Of a stretch of DNA of 64,000 nt, positions 12,485 to 23,590 are shown piece after piece. The position numbers were made by a program, and so were the translations under genes. The notes under the pieces were generated by a model. It did not search any database. It was not told where the DNA came from and worked only from the letters and a program-made list of their open reading frames with translations. The DNA comes from Phaeosaccion multiseriatum. Taxonomy: Eukaryota; Protista; Ochrophyta, other classes. The number at the start of each line of letters is the position of its first letter. Within the stretch, counting starts at the first letter, position 1. The stretch lies in assembly GCA_965112735.1 (NCBI GenBank), contig OZ218956.1:2232001-2296000 (forward strand), read 5' to 3'.

Positions 12485-15400
12485 TGGAGGAGGAGGAGGA
12501 GGAGGAGGTGGTGGTGGTGGTGCCGGGGGGACGGGAACGCCGAAGAAGAGAAGGAGGAAGAGGAAAGGTGCCAAGGGTGGAGGAGGAGCCGCTTCCGACG
12601 GCGGGGCGCTGTTCCAAGAGGGGCCCCTCCTTATCACTCACACGGGGGTGTCAGGACCCGCCGCTCTGAAACTGTCGGCGTTCGGCGCAAGGGCCCTGCA
12701 GGAGTCGGGGTACAGGGCCCAACTTATCGTTAATTGGGCCGTCGGTCGCACCCAACAGCAGGTGTTAGAGGTGAGCAGCGCAAGTCAACAAACTACTCTC
12801 CCCCCGCGCTACTGACTGCTGCTCCTCTTGCTGCTGCTCCTGCGGCTGCTCCTCCTGCTGATACAGTCTCTGACACTGCTGCTCCTGCTACTGCTGTACC
12901 ACCAACTGGCTCCTCTTTCTTGCCGTCTGTACCACCAACTTCTCCTCCAGGAGGTGCAGATGGCCCGCGTGTCCCTGGCCAAGAAGCTCGTGGGGTCGTT
13001 CTGCCCTCTGCAGGACCTCTCGATGCCCAAGCGTCTGTGGCAGGCACTCGTCAAGTCGGCGGGGGTGCCTGAGCAGAGGCAATGGAGCGAGCTGCGCAGG
13101 TGGGGGAGTGAGGGGGGCAGTCCAAGTGACTGTGGTGGTGCTGTGCTTGTGCTGTGGTTGTGGTGGTGGGGGGCAGGCCCTTCGTCTTCTGTTCCTTGTT
13201 CCTTGTGGGTCTGTGGGACGAGCGTCTCTCCATCCCTCCCTAGGGTTCGCTCTCATCTCCCAATGCATGTATGTACACAGCAGATGTATGCATCTCTCTC
13301 CCATACTTCTTTCTAACTTCACCTCCCCCCGTTCCCTTTCCTCACTCTCCTTGCCGTCTTCTTTCCCTCTCTCCCTCCCTCCCTCCCTCCCTCCCTCTCT
13401 CTCTCCCTCCCTACCTCCCTCCCTCCCTCCCTGCCTTCCTTCCTTCCTCCCTCCCTCCCTCCCTCCCTACCTACCTCCCTCCCTCCCTCTCTCTCTCTCT
13501 CCCTCCCTCCCTCTCTCTCTCTCCCTACCTCCCTCTCTCCCTCCCTACCTCCCTCTCTCCCTCCCTCCCTCCCTCCCTCCCCCTCTACCTCCCTCCCTCC
13601 CTTCCTTCCTTCCTTCCTTCCCTCCTCCGTCCCTTCCACCACCACCCCCTTGCTACAGCGGAGAGGCTGCTCTCCTCGCGCAGCGCCTCGCTCGGCTTGA
13701 GCTGCCCATCACGGGAAAGGGGGCCTTCAAAGAGGAGTTCGTTACTTGCGGGGGAGGTGAGAATAAATCAATGGATAAGAAGGATCAACGAACGTGTGGT
13801 GGTTGGTTGGCTCAGGTGGACAGATGGCGCACCCCCCTGTGATATTGGATATGAGACTTTTCAAGCTCCTTCCCCTCAAGCCGACCCGACGACTGGTCAT
13901 GGTCCTTGCTTGTTGTTTGTCGCCCTCTGCTCACTGCACCACACCACACCAAACCAAACGACACCATACGAACCACACCACAACCCACCCCATCTCTTAC
14001 TGTTCGGTACTGTACTGTGCTGTACTGAAGTATCTCTGGAGGACGTCAACATGAAGACCATGGAGGTGAGAGAGGGGGTGGATGAGGGTGGTTAAGAGAA
14101 GGGAGTAGAGAAGGGAGGGAGTGAAGGAGGGAAGGGAGGGAGTGGAGGAGGGAAGGGAGGGAGTGGAGAGAGTGGAGGGAAGGAAGAGAGTGGAAAGAGT
14201 GGAAGGAAGGAAGGGAGTGGAGAGAGTGGAGGGAAGGAAGAGAGTGGAGAGAGTGGAGGGAAGGAAGAGAGTGGAGAGAGTGGAGGGAAGGAAGGGAGTG
14301 GAGAGAGTGGAGGGAAGGAAGAGAGTGGAGAGAGTGGAGGGAAGGAAGAGAGTGGAGAGAGTGGAGGGAAGGAAGAGAGTGGAGAGAGTGGAGGGAAGGA
14401 AGGGAGTGGAGAGAGTGGAGGGAAGGAAGAGAGTGGAGAGAGTGGAGGGAAGGAAGGGAGTGGAGAGAGTGGAGGGAAGGAAGAGAGTGGAGAGAGTGGA
14501 GGGAAGGAAGGGAGTGGAGAGAGTGGAAGGAAGGAAGGGAGTGGAGAGAGTGGAGGGAAGGAAGAGAGTGGAGAGAGTGGAGGGAAGGAAGAGAGTGGAG
14601 AGAGTGGAGGGAAGGAAGAGAGTGGAGAGAGTGGAGGGAAGGAAGAGAGTGGAGAGAGTGGAGGGAAGGAAGAGAGTGGAGAGAGTGGAGGGAAGGAAGG
14701 GAGTGGAGAGAGTGGAGGGAAGGAAGGGAGTGGAGAGAGTGGAAGGAAGGAAGGGAGTGGAGAGAGTGGAAGGAAGGAAGGGAGTGGAGAGAGTGGAGGG
14801 AAGGAAGGGAGTGGAGAGAGTGGAGGGAAGGAAGAGAGTGGAGACACCTCCTGCAGAGGCGCGACGCTGTTCTCTGTGAGCTGTAGATGTGGATGATGCT
14901 ACCTCTCTCCGAGCGCTGTTGGCGCCAATTTGCCAATCGTGTCTGGTCCCCTCTCTTCTTCTTGTCCTTCTTCCTTTCTTTCTTTCTTTCTTCCTTCCTT
15001 CCTTCCTTCCTTCCTTCCTTCCTTCCTTCCTTCCTCCTTCCTGCCCTTCCCTCCTTCCTTCCCTCCCTCCCTCCCCTTCTCTCCTTCCTTCCCTCCCTCC
15101 CTCCCTCGCTCCTTTCTTCAGAGTAAGGTGACTCCGGGTCTGTTCTTTGCAGGCGAGGTTTTGAACATCGACGGCATCACCGGAGGTAAAGCAAAGTGTT
15201 TCTGTATAGACAGAGGGCAGAGGTCCATTGTGTTCTCTAGAGATTAGAGAGGTCGATAGAAGAGGTCAGACGTAAAGGGGGTTACAGTGTAGTGGGTCGG
15301 TCTCTTGAAGTTTGCGCTTGTGCCAGCAGTTGTGGTCATTCCATTGGTGGGACCAGTCAGACCTATCGGAGACGTCTCATGTCTGTTACAACCCTGTCTA

Positions 15401-15605
15401 TCCGCCTCTCTCCCTCCCTTCGTCCCTCCTTCCCATTCTTCCTCCCTTCCCTCCCTCATGCCCTCCCTTCCCTCCCCTCCCTTGTCTCGTCTCACTCCTG
15501 ACCTGCCCTGGTCCTGACACCTGCTTAGGCTACAATCTGCAAAGCGCTTGGACCACAAGCTTTGTCGCCGGCTCGTCTATCGCCGAGAAGCTGGCTCCGA
15601 GCTGA
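10839..15605 (+). CDS. HI0933/YhiN/BaiN-family NAD(P)/FAD-dependent flavoprotein with N-terminal signal peptide; about 8 exons
   Basis: [83 protein letters not shown]|[12 protein letters not shown]|[21 protein letters not shown]|GYNLQSAW. Stop TGA ends at 15605. Confidence 0.92.
14160..14844 (+). repeat. 27-bp purine-rich intronic minisatellite ([27 protein letters not shown])n, about 25 copies
   Basis: Directly visible inside intron 14066-15121 of the HI0933 gene. Confidence 0.95.
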
Positions 15606-15802
15606 CATGCACCTCTTTACGCGTATGAATGCACGGAGTCCTGAGGGTCTTGATCGGTGCGAAAGGAGCCCCGGCCGGAGGAGAGCCTCCTCTCGGCAGA
15701 CATGACTTTATGTCGCCGCCCAACAATGGCAGTGCTGCTGCTATTGCCACTACTGCTGCTGCTACTGGTGCTGCTGTGCTTCCGCTGCTACTGCTGCTGC
15801 TG

Positions 15803-15833
<31 letters not shown>

Positions 15834-16381
15834 CTGGTGGTGGTGCTGGGACTGCTGGGGGGCTTGTGCGCGAGCACTTCATGGCACGGCACGGCACTGC
15901 ACGGCACTGCACGGCACTGCATGGCACTGCACGGCACTGCACTGGGAGGGAGGTACCGCCGCCTCTGCGCTCTTGATGGGTAGCGAATAGGAAAGGGCGG
16001 GAGGGAGGGAGCTACAGCGAGTACGTACGTGCGTGCGTGCGTGGTGCGTGTGTGCCCGCCCTTGAGCCGTCGATGTAGATCATTGACTCAGGCGTATCAT
16101 TTGGATAAAAAGACTGCCAGCCTAATCGGGCGAAGAAGACGAGGACGACGACGACAAGAACCACCACGCCGCAGTATGGAGAGAGTGAGAGAGAGAGAGA
16201 GAGAGATAATGGGCAGGGAGGGAAAACCTATATCCATTGCTGCGGCTGCCTCCTCAGCAACAGGCTCCCCTCCCCGGCAGCAGCCTCCTCAGCATCAGCA
16301 GCTACCTCGGTAATGCCTCTTTCGCACACGCTGCCTCACGTTTCACAGTTGACAAAGGAGCGTCAGTATCAGCGAGGAGTG

Positions 16382-16519
16382 GTTGGCTTGACAGAGACTG
16401 TTGAAGGGTCGCTTGCCGAGGCTGGTGATGCTGCTGAGGCTGCTGCTGGGGAGGTACACCTCCTCAGCATCAGTAGCTGCCTCAGCAAGCGACCCTTCAA
16501 CAGTCTCTGTCAAGCCGGC
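16382..16519. ncRNA. Long fold-back hairpin, candidate miRNA/siRNA precursor
   Basis: Arms 16385-16422 and 16479-16516 are reverse complements at 37/38 positions, with an inner stem TGCTGGGGAGG/CCTCCTCAGCA. Lies between the convergent HI0933 and NEK genes. Expression is unknown. Confidence 0.45.
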
Positions 16520-17640
16520 AGGGCGAGGTATCAGCAGGGGCAGGAGGAGGTGCGCAGAGCGGACCAGGCCATAAAGGGGAGGAGAAGGAGGAGGAGGAGG
16601 AGGAGGAGGAGGAGGAGGAGCTGGTGGTAGTGGTGGTGGTGGTGGTGGTGGTGGTGGTGGTGGTGGTGGTGGTGGTGGTGGTGGTGGAAACAGCTGCGCG
16701 AGTGGTGCTTGGATGGTTGGCTGGATCCTCTCTTGTGGGCCTTGGCGCGAGTCGAGCTGGAGAGAGAGCAGTAAGCCCCTGCCCTTGGTTCCTTCGCTCC
16801 CGGGGAATCGTACAGCGCTTACCATACCACATCCACACACTCCGCTCTCGCGGCCGTTTGCAGGCACCAGAGAGAGAGAAGAGAGAGAAACACTGAACGA
16901 AGAAGTTGTCTTTTTGAAGACTGTCATGCTTTTGCTCTCTCTCTTTCTCTCTCTTAATCGGAGACTCTTGGTACAAGTACAGTTGTAACCCTCTTGAGTC
17001 CACAAGAGCAAAGGCCTGGTGGCCATTCATGGATTCCTTTTGAATTGCGCACATGTATTTGTTTTAACTCCACTGATACATCCCCCCCCCCCTCCCAATC
17101 TAACCTCGAGCCCCCACACCCGAGCTTCACCCCCCCGCAGCGCTGGCGCAGACCCATCGTAGCCTTCCCTACTTTGTTGTGTCCCTTGTGCTACCATCAG
17201 CTGCTGCTTGCTTCCCTGCTCGCCTGCCCCCCCCTCCCCGTATGCCTCTACTTGTACCGTACTCTCCCCCCGTTCCTCCTCCTGCCCCTGCAGCACCACT
17301 CTCGTTTAGTGTAATTTGCAGGCAGCAGGCCGTTTCTTGCCCTCTTGTCCTTGTCGTGCCCACCGGAGAATTGGGGGGGGGGGGGAGGTGCGCAAGGCTC
17401 GAGGCTCACGCAACACCTCCGTGGTATGGTACACACATTCTACATAATACAAACTAGTACTGACACAGACGTGTTGTCGCCCCCCTCCTCTCCCTCCCCC
17501 CCCCCCTCCCGTCCCCTACCCTCTCGTCCTCGACCGACGACCCGACCGACTCCCCCTCTCATATCTGATCAGAGCGCTTGCCTCCATCTCTTCATCCGCC
17601 CACTCAGCAGCAGCTACCCTCCTTCCTTCCTTCCCTCCCC

Positions 17641-19656
17641 TCACACTCCCATGAGAATGAGCTGGTCCATAAGGTTCCAGTACTGCAGCTTGTCGGCCCC
17701 AATCACCTTCTCCAACAAGGCTTGCACTTGATCATCATCAGCACCGTCGTACTTCTGCCCCTCGTACGTGACCCACCCATTCCCTTCGTCCTGCATGGCC
17801 ACGAGCAGGTCAAAGGCAAGTTTGAACTTCTCTGCCCCGAGGCCCTTGATGCACCGCTCCTTCAAGAAGTTGACTCGATCCACCAACCTCCCCACCGGGG
17901 TAGGCTTGTCCTCGGTAGGAGACATGGAAACCGCGGGGTAGGGGCTGACTACATCCTCGCCTCCGTCCTTCAAACCCCCTCCTCCTCCTGCTCCCCCCTT
18001 GCCTGCCTCCTTGCCTCGCCCGCCTCCTGCTGCTCCTCCTCCTCCCGCCGCATTCTTCTCGCCATCTGCCATGGAGAGCCTGGTGATAACGGCTGACACC
18101 TCGTCCTCTCCTCCCTCGGCCCCTTCGTCCTCCGAGTCACTGAGCTCAAGGTCGCGCTCTCCCTCTCCACTGGCCGACTTTGGTCGTGCTCCGTCGTTTG
18201 ACTTTGACTGTGTTGTAGTTGTTCCGAGGGGAAGAAAGGCAAAGGACAAGGAAGGGAAGGGAAGGGAAGGGAGAGAGGCAGGGAGGAAGGAGAGGGGTGG
18301 TGTCAGGGATGGTGTGGGAGTGAGAAGAGGATTCGAGAGGGGAAGGGAGGGGAGGAATGTGGTATCGCACCGTCGTAGGCAGAGCAACGGCCCTAACGGG
18401 CGTTTCCTTTCCGCCTCTGCATATTCAAAAATCACCACAAAGTACACACCCACCCACCCACCCACCCACCCACAATATGCACACACCCCACGCACCTGTC
18501 TCTTGAGGTCGTCCTTTAGCTGCTTGCACCTCTCCTCCGCCTCCGCAAGCTGCTCCTTGAGCTTCCTTTCTCGATCCGTCATGTCCTCCTCCAGCTCCGC
18601 CTTGTGTCCCTCCAAGTAGCGCAACATTTCATCCCCCACGATGGACGGGCGGCGAGCACGGCCCCCTCCCGGCGAGCGAGACGGCGTGCGTGAATGACCA
18701 CCTCCTCCGGCGACGGGGGAGTTGCTGCCCGAGCGAACGTTTCCGCTTCCGGATGCTGCCGGAATGTTGAGAGGGGGCAAGTCGACCACGCCGGCGCTGG
18801 GGCGACGTGGCGAGCCCGGGGAGGCAGGGGGAAGCATCTGCCGGGGAGGAGAGGTTGGTGCTCCGCGGGCGCTGCTGCTGCCGCTGCTGCTGCTGCTGCT
18901 TCCCTGTGGGGTGGGGGGCAAGCTACCGGAGGGGCGAGTAGAGGACGTGCTGCGGCGGTGGGAGGGTGACTCAGCGCGCTCAGCGTCCCCTCCCCCGCCT
19001 CCTCCTACGCCTCCTCCTACTCCGCTGGGCTCGGGACTCTTGCTCGTACTTCCGCGGCGGGCGGCTCCTGCCAATCGCGCCAGGAGGGAGGGACGGCGGT
19101 TTCGGCTGCCCCCTGGAGTCGACTGCCCCTCCTCTCCCACGGCGCTTCCTCCCGACCCCCCCGCCTTAGAGGAGGCGGAGGTAGGACGGGAGGAGGAGGG
19201 AGAAGGTCCGTCCGTCGGTGAGGAGAGAGCTGCGGCTCCCGAAGCAGCGGCGGCGGCGGCGGCGGACGAAGCGGCTCCAGCAGCATCGGCCTCGGTGAGG
19301 GATATGCGACTACGTGACGCCTTTCGGGGCGTGAAGGAGCGCCTCTTGCGATCCTCCGCCTTGGCACGCAGCCGCTCCAGGGCTAGCTCCGCAGCCTCGC
19401 GCTTCTCCTCCTCAATCTCCAGCTGGTGCTGCTGTTGCTGCCTCGAGCCTCCGTTGGGGCCATTGGCCGAGGAGGAGGGGGGGGAGGAAGAAGACGAAGG
19501 TCTGGGGGAAGAGGAGGGAGACGCCGGGGTTCCGACGCTGGATGAGGGCGAAGATGCCTCGCTGCTCGTGTTGCTGCCAGTTGCAAGCATATCGCTGAGA
19601 CCCAACTGCTCCAATTGCTCGGAGAGATGGTCCATTGACTCGCTCTGGAGAGGGAC

Positions 19657-19694
<38 letters not shown>

Positions 19695-20508
19695 CGAGCG
19701 AGAGCAGCACAGGGATGGAGGGGAGGGGAACAATGGGGTGTGGGGTGGGTCGGCGTGTGGGTGGGTGGAAGGGTGTGAGTTGAGTGTGTGTGTATTTCTT
19801 TTGTGTGAGGGAGAGAGAGAGTGCACACGGATGGGCAGATCCATCTCGTTGGGGAAGAGAGTCAACCCACCAGCGAGAGGGACGGCGGGCCTTAGAAAGC
19901 ACCACGCCGCTAGAGAGTGACTTTCCAACACCGTGCTCCAGCGGCAGGGAAAGCAGCAGCAGGAGATTTCTCACCCATCCATCATCATCCTTGACACCCT
20001 CCCTCCATGCCCCCCCCCCCCCTCCATATCACCAACTCCCTCACCTGATTGAAAATCTTCTCCTTCTTGAGGTCGTCGAGGAAGGTGGCGAGGTAGGGCC
20101 GCAGGGAGGGTTTCTTGAGCACTTGTTCAATGTCGGGCCTCCCTCGCGGGTTGGTGTTGAGCATGTCCTTGATCAGGCCTCGCAGGTTTCGCGTGTAACG
20201 GTTGGAAGGCGCGGGGTAACGACCCTTGATGATCTTGCAAGCCAGGCCTGTGGGGTTGGGGGAGGGGGAGAGAGAAGGAGGGGGGGGCGAGCCAGAGTCA
20301 GAGACAGATTAAGAGTCAAAAGTCGCCACACGTCAAGACGCATTACTCATCGTCATCAGAGAGGAACGGAGCAGGGACGAGAGAGTGCCTTTGTGTTGCT
20401 TGCCGCTTGTGTGCTCGCCCTTAAGTGAGTGAGTGCCTTGCTTGGGGGGGCGTTATACTTACCGTTGAGGCTTTCTCCGTCGAACGCGTGCTTGAGTGTG
20501 GCGAGCTC

Positions 20509-20539
<31 letters not shown>

Positions 20540-20778
20540 CTCTTGTGATTGTAAGGCGCGTTTTGGAAAATCTCGGGCGACATGTAGTACGGGGTGCCGA
20601 TGCACGTGCTGGCAAAGTCCATGGTGCCTTCCATCACCTGGTGTCCATTGTTTGGAGCGTGGGCGTGGAGGGTGGAGGGAGGAAGGGTGGGAGGAAGGAG
20701 TACGGGCGAGCGAGTGAGTGACTGAGCTGGCATAAACGTTTTTCACACATCAGTTCACACATGCACCCAGCCACACAA

Positions 20779-20832
<54 letters not shown>

Positions 20833-21561
20833 TCTGAGCTCGTGTTGTCGCTCGTCCTTGGGAAAAGGGGGGCTTTATCTGTCCCAGGACTAGAGCAGAA
20901 CACTTACGTACGAACAGAGCAGAACACTTACGTACGAACAGCCGCGGCAGGACTTCTCTCCTCTCTTCCTTCCTCACACATCACACACCTTGGCAGTGAT
21001 TCCAACCATCCACACACGACAAGCCCCTCCCCTTCCTAGCCAGCCCCAGCCTGTGGTCCTTTCGCCCGTTCCTTCCTTCCTTCCTTCCTTCCTTCTTACC
21101 TTGCTGATGCCAAGGTCTCCCAGCACGATTCTCCCGGAGCCTGTGATGAAGATGTTCTGCGTCTTAATGTCGCGGTGCAGAATGTGCCGTCTGTGCATGT
21201 AGTGAATGCCGAGGGCGATCTGAATGAACCAATGCATAATCTTGGTCTCTGTGAACATTTTGTTCACCTCCTTGGCTTGCTTGGTCACACGACCGCCCAG
21301 GTCACCCGAGTCGCAGTACTCCATGATGATGCATAGGCAGTTCTTGTAGATAAACGAGTCCCTAAAGCCACAAATGTTGGGGTGCTTGAGTCTCTGCATC
21401 AAGGCCGCTTCCTCGTGGCACGCGTCTTGCTCCTTCTTCTTCATGTTTTTGAGCTTGATGACCTTTGTGCACACAAGGTCCTTGCTCTCCTTGTGCTTCA
21501 TCAAGTACACCTTGCCGAAGCTTCCCTCCCCCAGCACCTTGCGTGGCTCATAGTCGTCCAT
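17641..21561 (-). CDS. NEK: NIMA-related (NEK1/4-like) Ser/Thr kinase; exons ~21561-21100, 20637-20463, 20247-20045, 19643-18495, 18205-17641
   Basis: [75 protein letters not shown]. Ser-rich linker, coiled coil, and NEK-type C-terminal helical domain ([25 protein letters not shown]). Confidence 0.95.
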
Positions 21562-22274
21562 GATGCTACTTAGCGAAGTTAGACTCCCTCGCTGACGTGT
21601 CTACTACTACTGCCGATCCTACGGGAACTCCCCACGTCCTCCTGCTACTGGTGCTCCCTTCCGCCGTGGGTGGAACGCGACAGCTGGGTGGTTGGAACGC
21701 TCCTACCGCTCAGTGCGCTGCAGAGCGTGTGCTTCTTACGAGTATATCCTCTGCAAGGCACGACCACTGCGGAGCCGAGGGGAGATTGCCGCGAGAGAGG
21801 CAAGAGAGGGCAGGGAGCGGACGGAGTCAGAGGAGGGTGAGGCTTGAGGCGGAACTTCGCCGTGCTTGCCGTGCGGCTCCACCGAATTGAAGCTCAATGC
21901 CCAAGTCCAAGCCTGCTCCTGCGAAGTGCGATGAAGAATCCTGCTCCTTCACACCCTCAACAGCAGCAGCACCACCACCAACATTCCAAGTTCTCTGCCC
22001 CGCTGTACCTGTTCTCTCCCTTTAAAGCTTGTCTTGTGTCCTCGCTGTCTTAGCGAAACAGCCGCAATAGAGTCACCCCGGTATGTCTTCCTCACATGTG
22101 TGGGATGACCGTCTCTTTCAGTGGAGGATTGATTTCGGCTCGACGCAGCAGCAATTTAGCAATTCGTACTGATTGATTGCCCTATCTCGCCGTTGATCAT
22201 TCGCCCAAACCCGCCTAAAAGTAACGCATTTCTTGAAACTGTACACCTCGATTCGGAACGTCACGTGAACTTTT

Positions 22275-22598
22275 TCGACCCCAGCGATCGACAGCGAGGT
22301 TTCTCTGGCTTCTGAGCGTGTGCTGTGTGTGTGGCGTGTGTGTGGCCGTAGCCCCCTCCTGGCTTCGGGCTTCTGGCCGCAGGCTAGCGCTGGCTTATGG
22401 CCGCAGGCCAGACGGTTTGGCTTCTGGCTTCTCCGGCTGGGAGAACAAAAAGAATGGGGGGAGGGGGGGAGGGGCTCACTACTGTCCTGCTGACTTCTGA
22501 AGCCGCAGGCCCAGCCCCTGGCTTCTTGCTTTCGGCCGCAAGCCGCCTCTGGCTTCTGCTTATCGGGGGCCAGCCAGAGAAACCTCGCCTGGGGCCGA
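22275..22598. mobile_element. MITE-like element type A (TCGRCCCC ends; internal CTGGCTT doublets)
   Basis: Ends TCGACCCCAG and CTGGGGCCGA, plus a perfect 17-bp inverted repeat GCGAGGTTTCTCTGGCT (22294-22310 / 22572-22588). Internal units ctggcttctggctt…ggccgcaggc. No TSD seen. Confidence 0.65.
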
Positions 22599-22634
22599 AG
22601 AAAGAGATGCGCATGAGGTGGAGGAAACCTTTCT

Positions 22635-23278
22635 TCGGCTCCAGACTGGCCTAGAAGCCTATGCTCTAGGCCCTAGGCCGAGCGGCCTACGCCCGCTCTA
22701 GGCCTAGGCCGGCGGCCGTTGGCCGCTCTAGGCCGGCCATTTGTTCTCCCTAGGCCGGCGGTTCTAGACCTAGGCCTCGACCTATCTGATTAGTAATTAC
22801 GGCCGGCGCAGGGAGGGAGGGAGGGAGGGAGGGAGGGAGGGAGGGAGGGAGGGAGGGAGGGAGGGAGGGAGGGAGGGAGGGAGCGAGGGAGGGAGGGAGG
22901 GAGGGAGGGAGGGAGGGAGGGAGGGAGGGAGGGAGGGAGGGAGGGAGGGAGGGAGTCGACCCTGGACAAGATCATCTGATTGTGATTACGGCCGGCGCAG
23001 TCGGCCTGACTACTGAGTATGACCGGCGCCAGCCGGTCTGGTTGCTTACAGCCGGTGACCAGCCGGCCTATTTTCTGGTTACGGCCGGCGCACACCGGAA
23101 TCTTGTCCAGGGTCGATAGGCCTAGGCCGGGGGGGCTGCGCCAGAAATAGGCCTAGGCCGGGGACCTGCGGCCCCCTCTAGGCCTAGGCCGGGGGCCTGC
23201 GGCCCCCCTAGTCGACCCTAGGCCGGCCGAATTTCGTCTCTAGGCCTAGGCTTCTATTCTAGGCCAGTCTGGAGCCGA
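22635..23278. mobile_element. MITE-like element type B (22-bp TIR, CTAGGCC-rich), carrying nested element C1
   Basis: Perfect TIR TCGGCTCCAGACTGGCCTAGAA (22635-22656 / 23257-23278). CTTTCT direct repeat on both flanks. Internal ~30-bp units taggcctaggccgggg…ctgcg. Confidence 0.85.
22777..23116 (+). mobile_element. MITE-like element type C, copy 1 (core 22956-23116; duplicated left end and (GGGA)n tract 22811-22955)
   Basis: Perfect TIR TCGACCCTGGACAAGAT / ATCTTGTCCAGGGTCGA. Degenerate CTGATTA doublets with GGCGCCAGCCGG. TAGGCC flanks both outer ends. Confidence 0.85.
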
Positions 23279-23590
23279 CTTTCTGTGATGTGATTTGTAT
23301 TTCAGTATATTCCAACGGCTGGGGGAGGGAGAACGTTCTCCCCCTCCTCCACACACATGCCGCATGATAATAACGTCTCCAGCTGATCGTCGTCGAGAGT
23401 CCCTCGTCCCTCGACATCGGACAGCACAGCACAGCACCGCCGCCGGCGCAGAAAACCCCTCCCGCAAGTCGCGGCAGAGCAACAGGCAGGCAGGTAGGCA
23501 ACCAAGGTCAGCCCATCCGTCCGTCCGTCCGTCGGGCCTGTCCGCCACCCCCTCCCTCCCCCTCCCTCCCTCCCTCTCTCCTTCCCCTCC

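Noticed and set aside
14046-14936. Long repetitive ORFs (HSLPSL…, VERVEGRK…)
   Set aside because: They are translations of the intronic 27-bp minisatellite.
16177-16630. Small protein-coding gene over the hairpin
   Set aside because: The ORFs are short and low-complexity, and the only plausible splice gives a ~39-nt intron and an immediate stop.
20892-20940. Short direct duplications (also ~8800, 26670, 30558-30615)
   Set aside because: Two-copy local slippage duplications in introns or UTRs with no further structure.
21900-22270. tRNA, snRNA or riboswitch upstream of NEK
   Set aside because: Only a weak short hairpin; no cloverleaf, box motifs or TPP consensus recognisable by eye. An Infernal/Rfam scan would settle it.
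22956-23116. piggyBac-like element (CCC…GGG ends) with a TCGA target duplication
   Set aside because: C3, B and E have TCGG…CCGA, which is inverted rather than direct, and direct repeats lie outside the TCGR.
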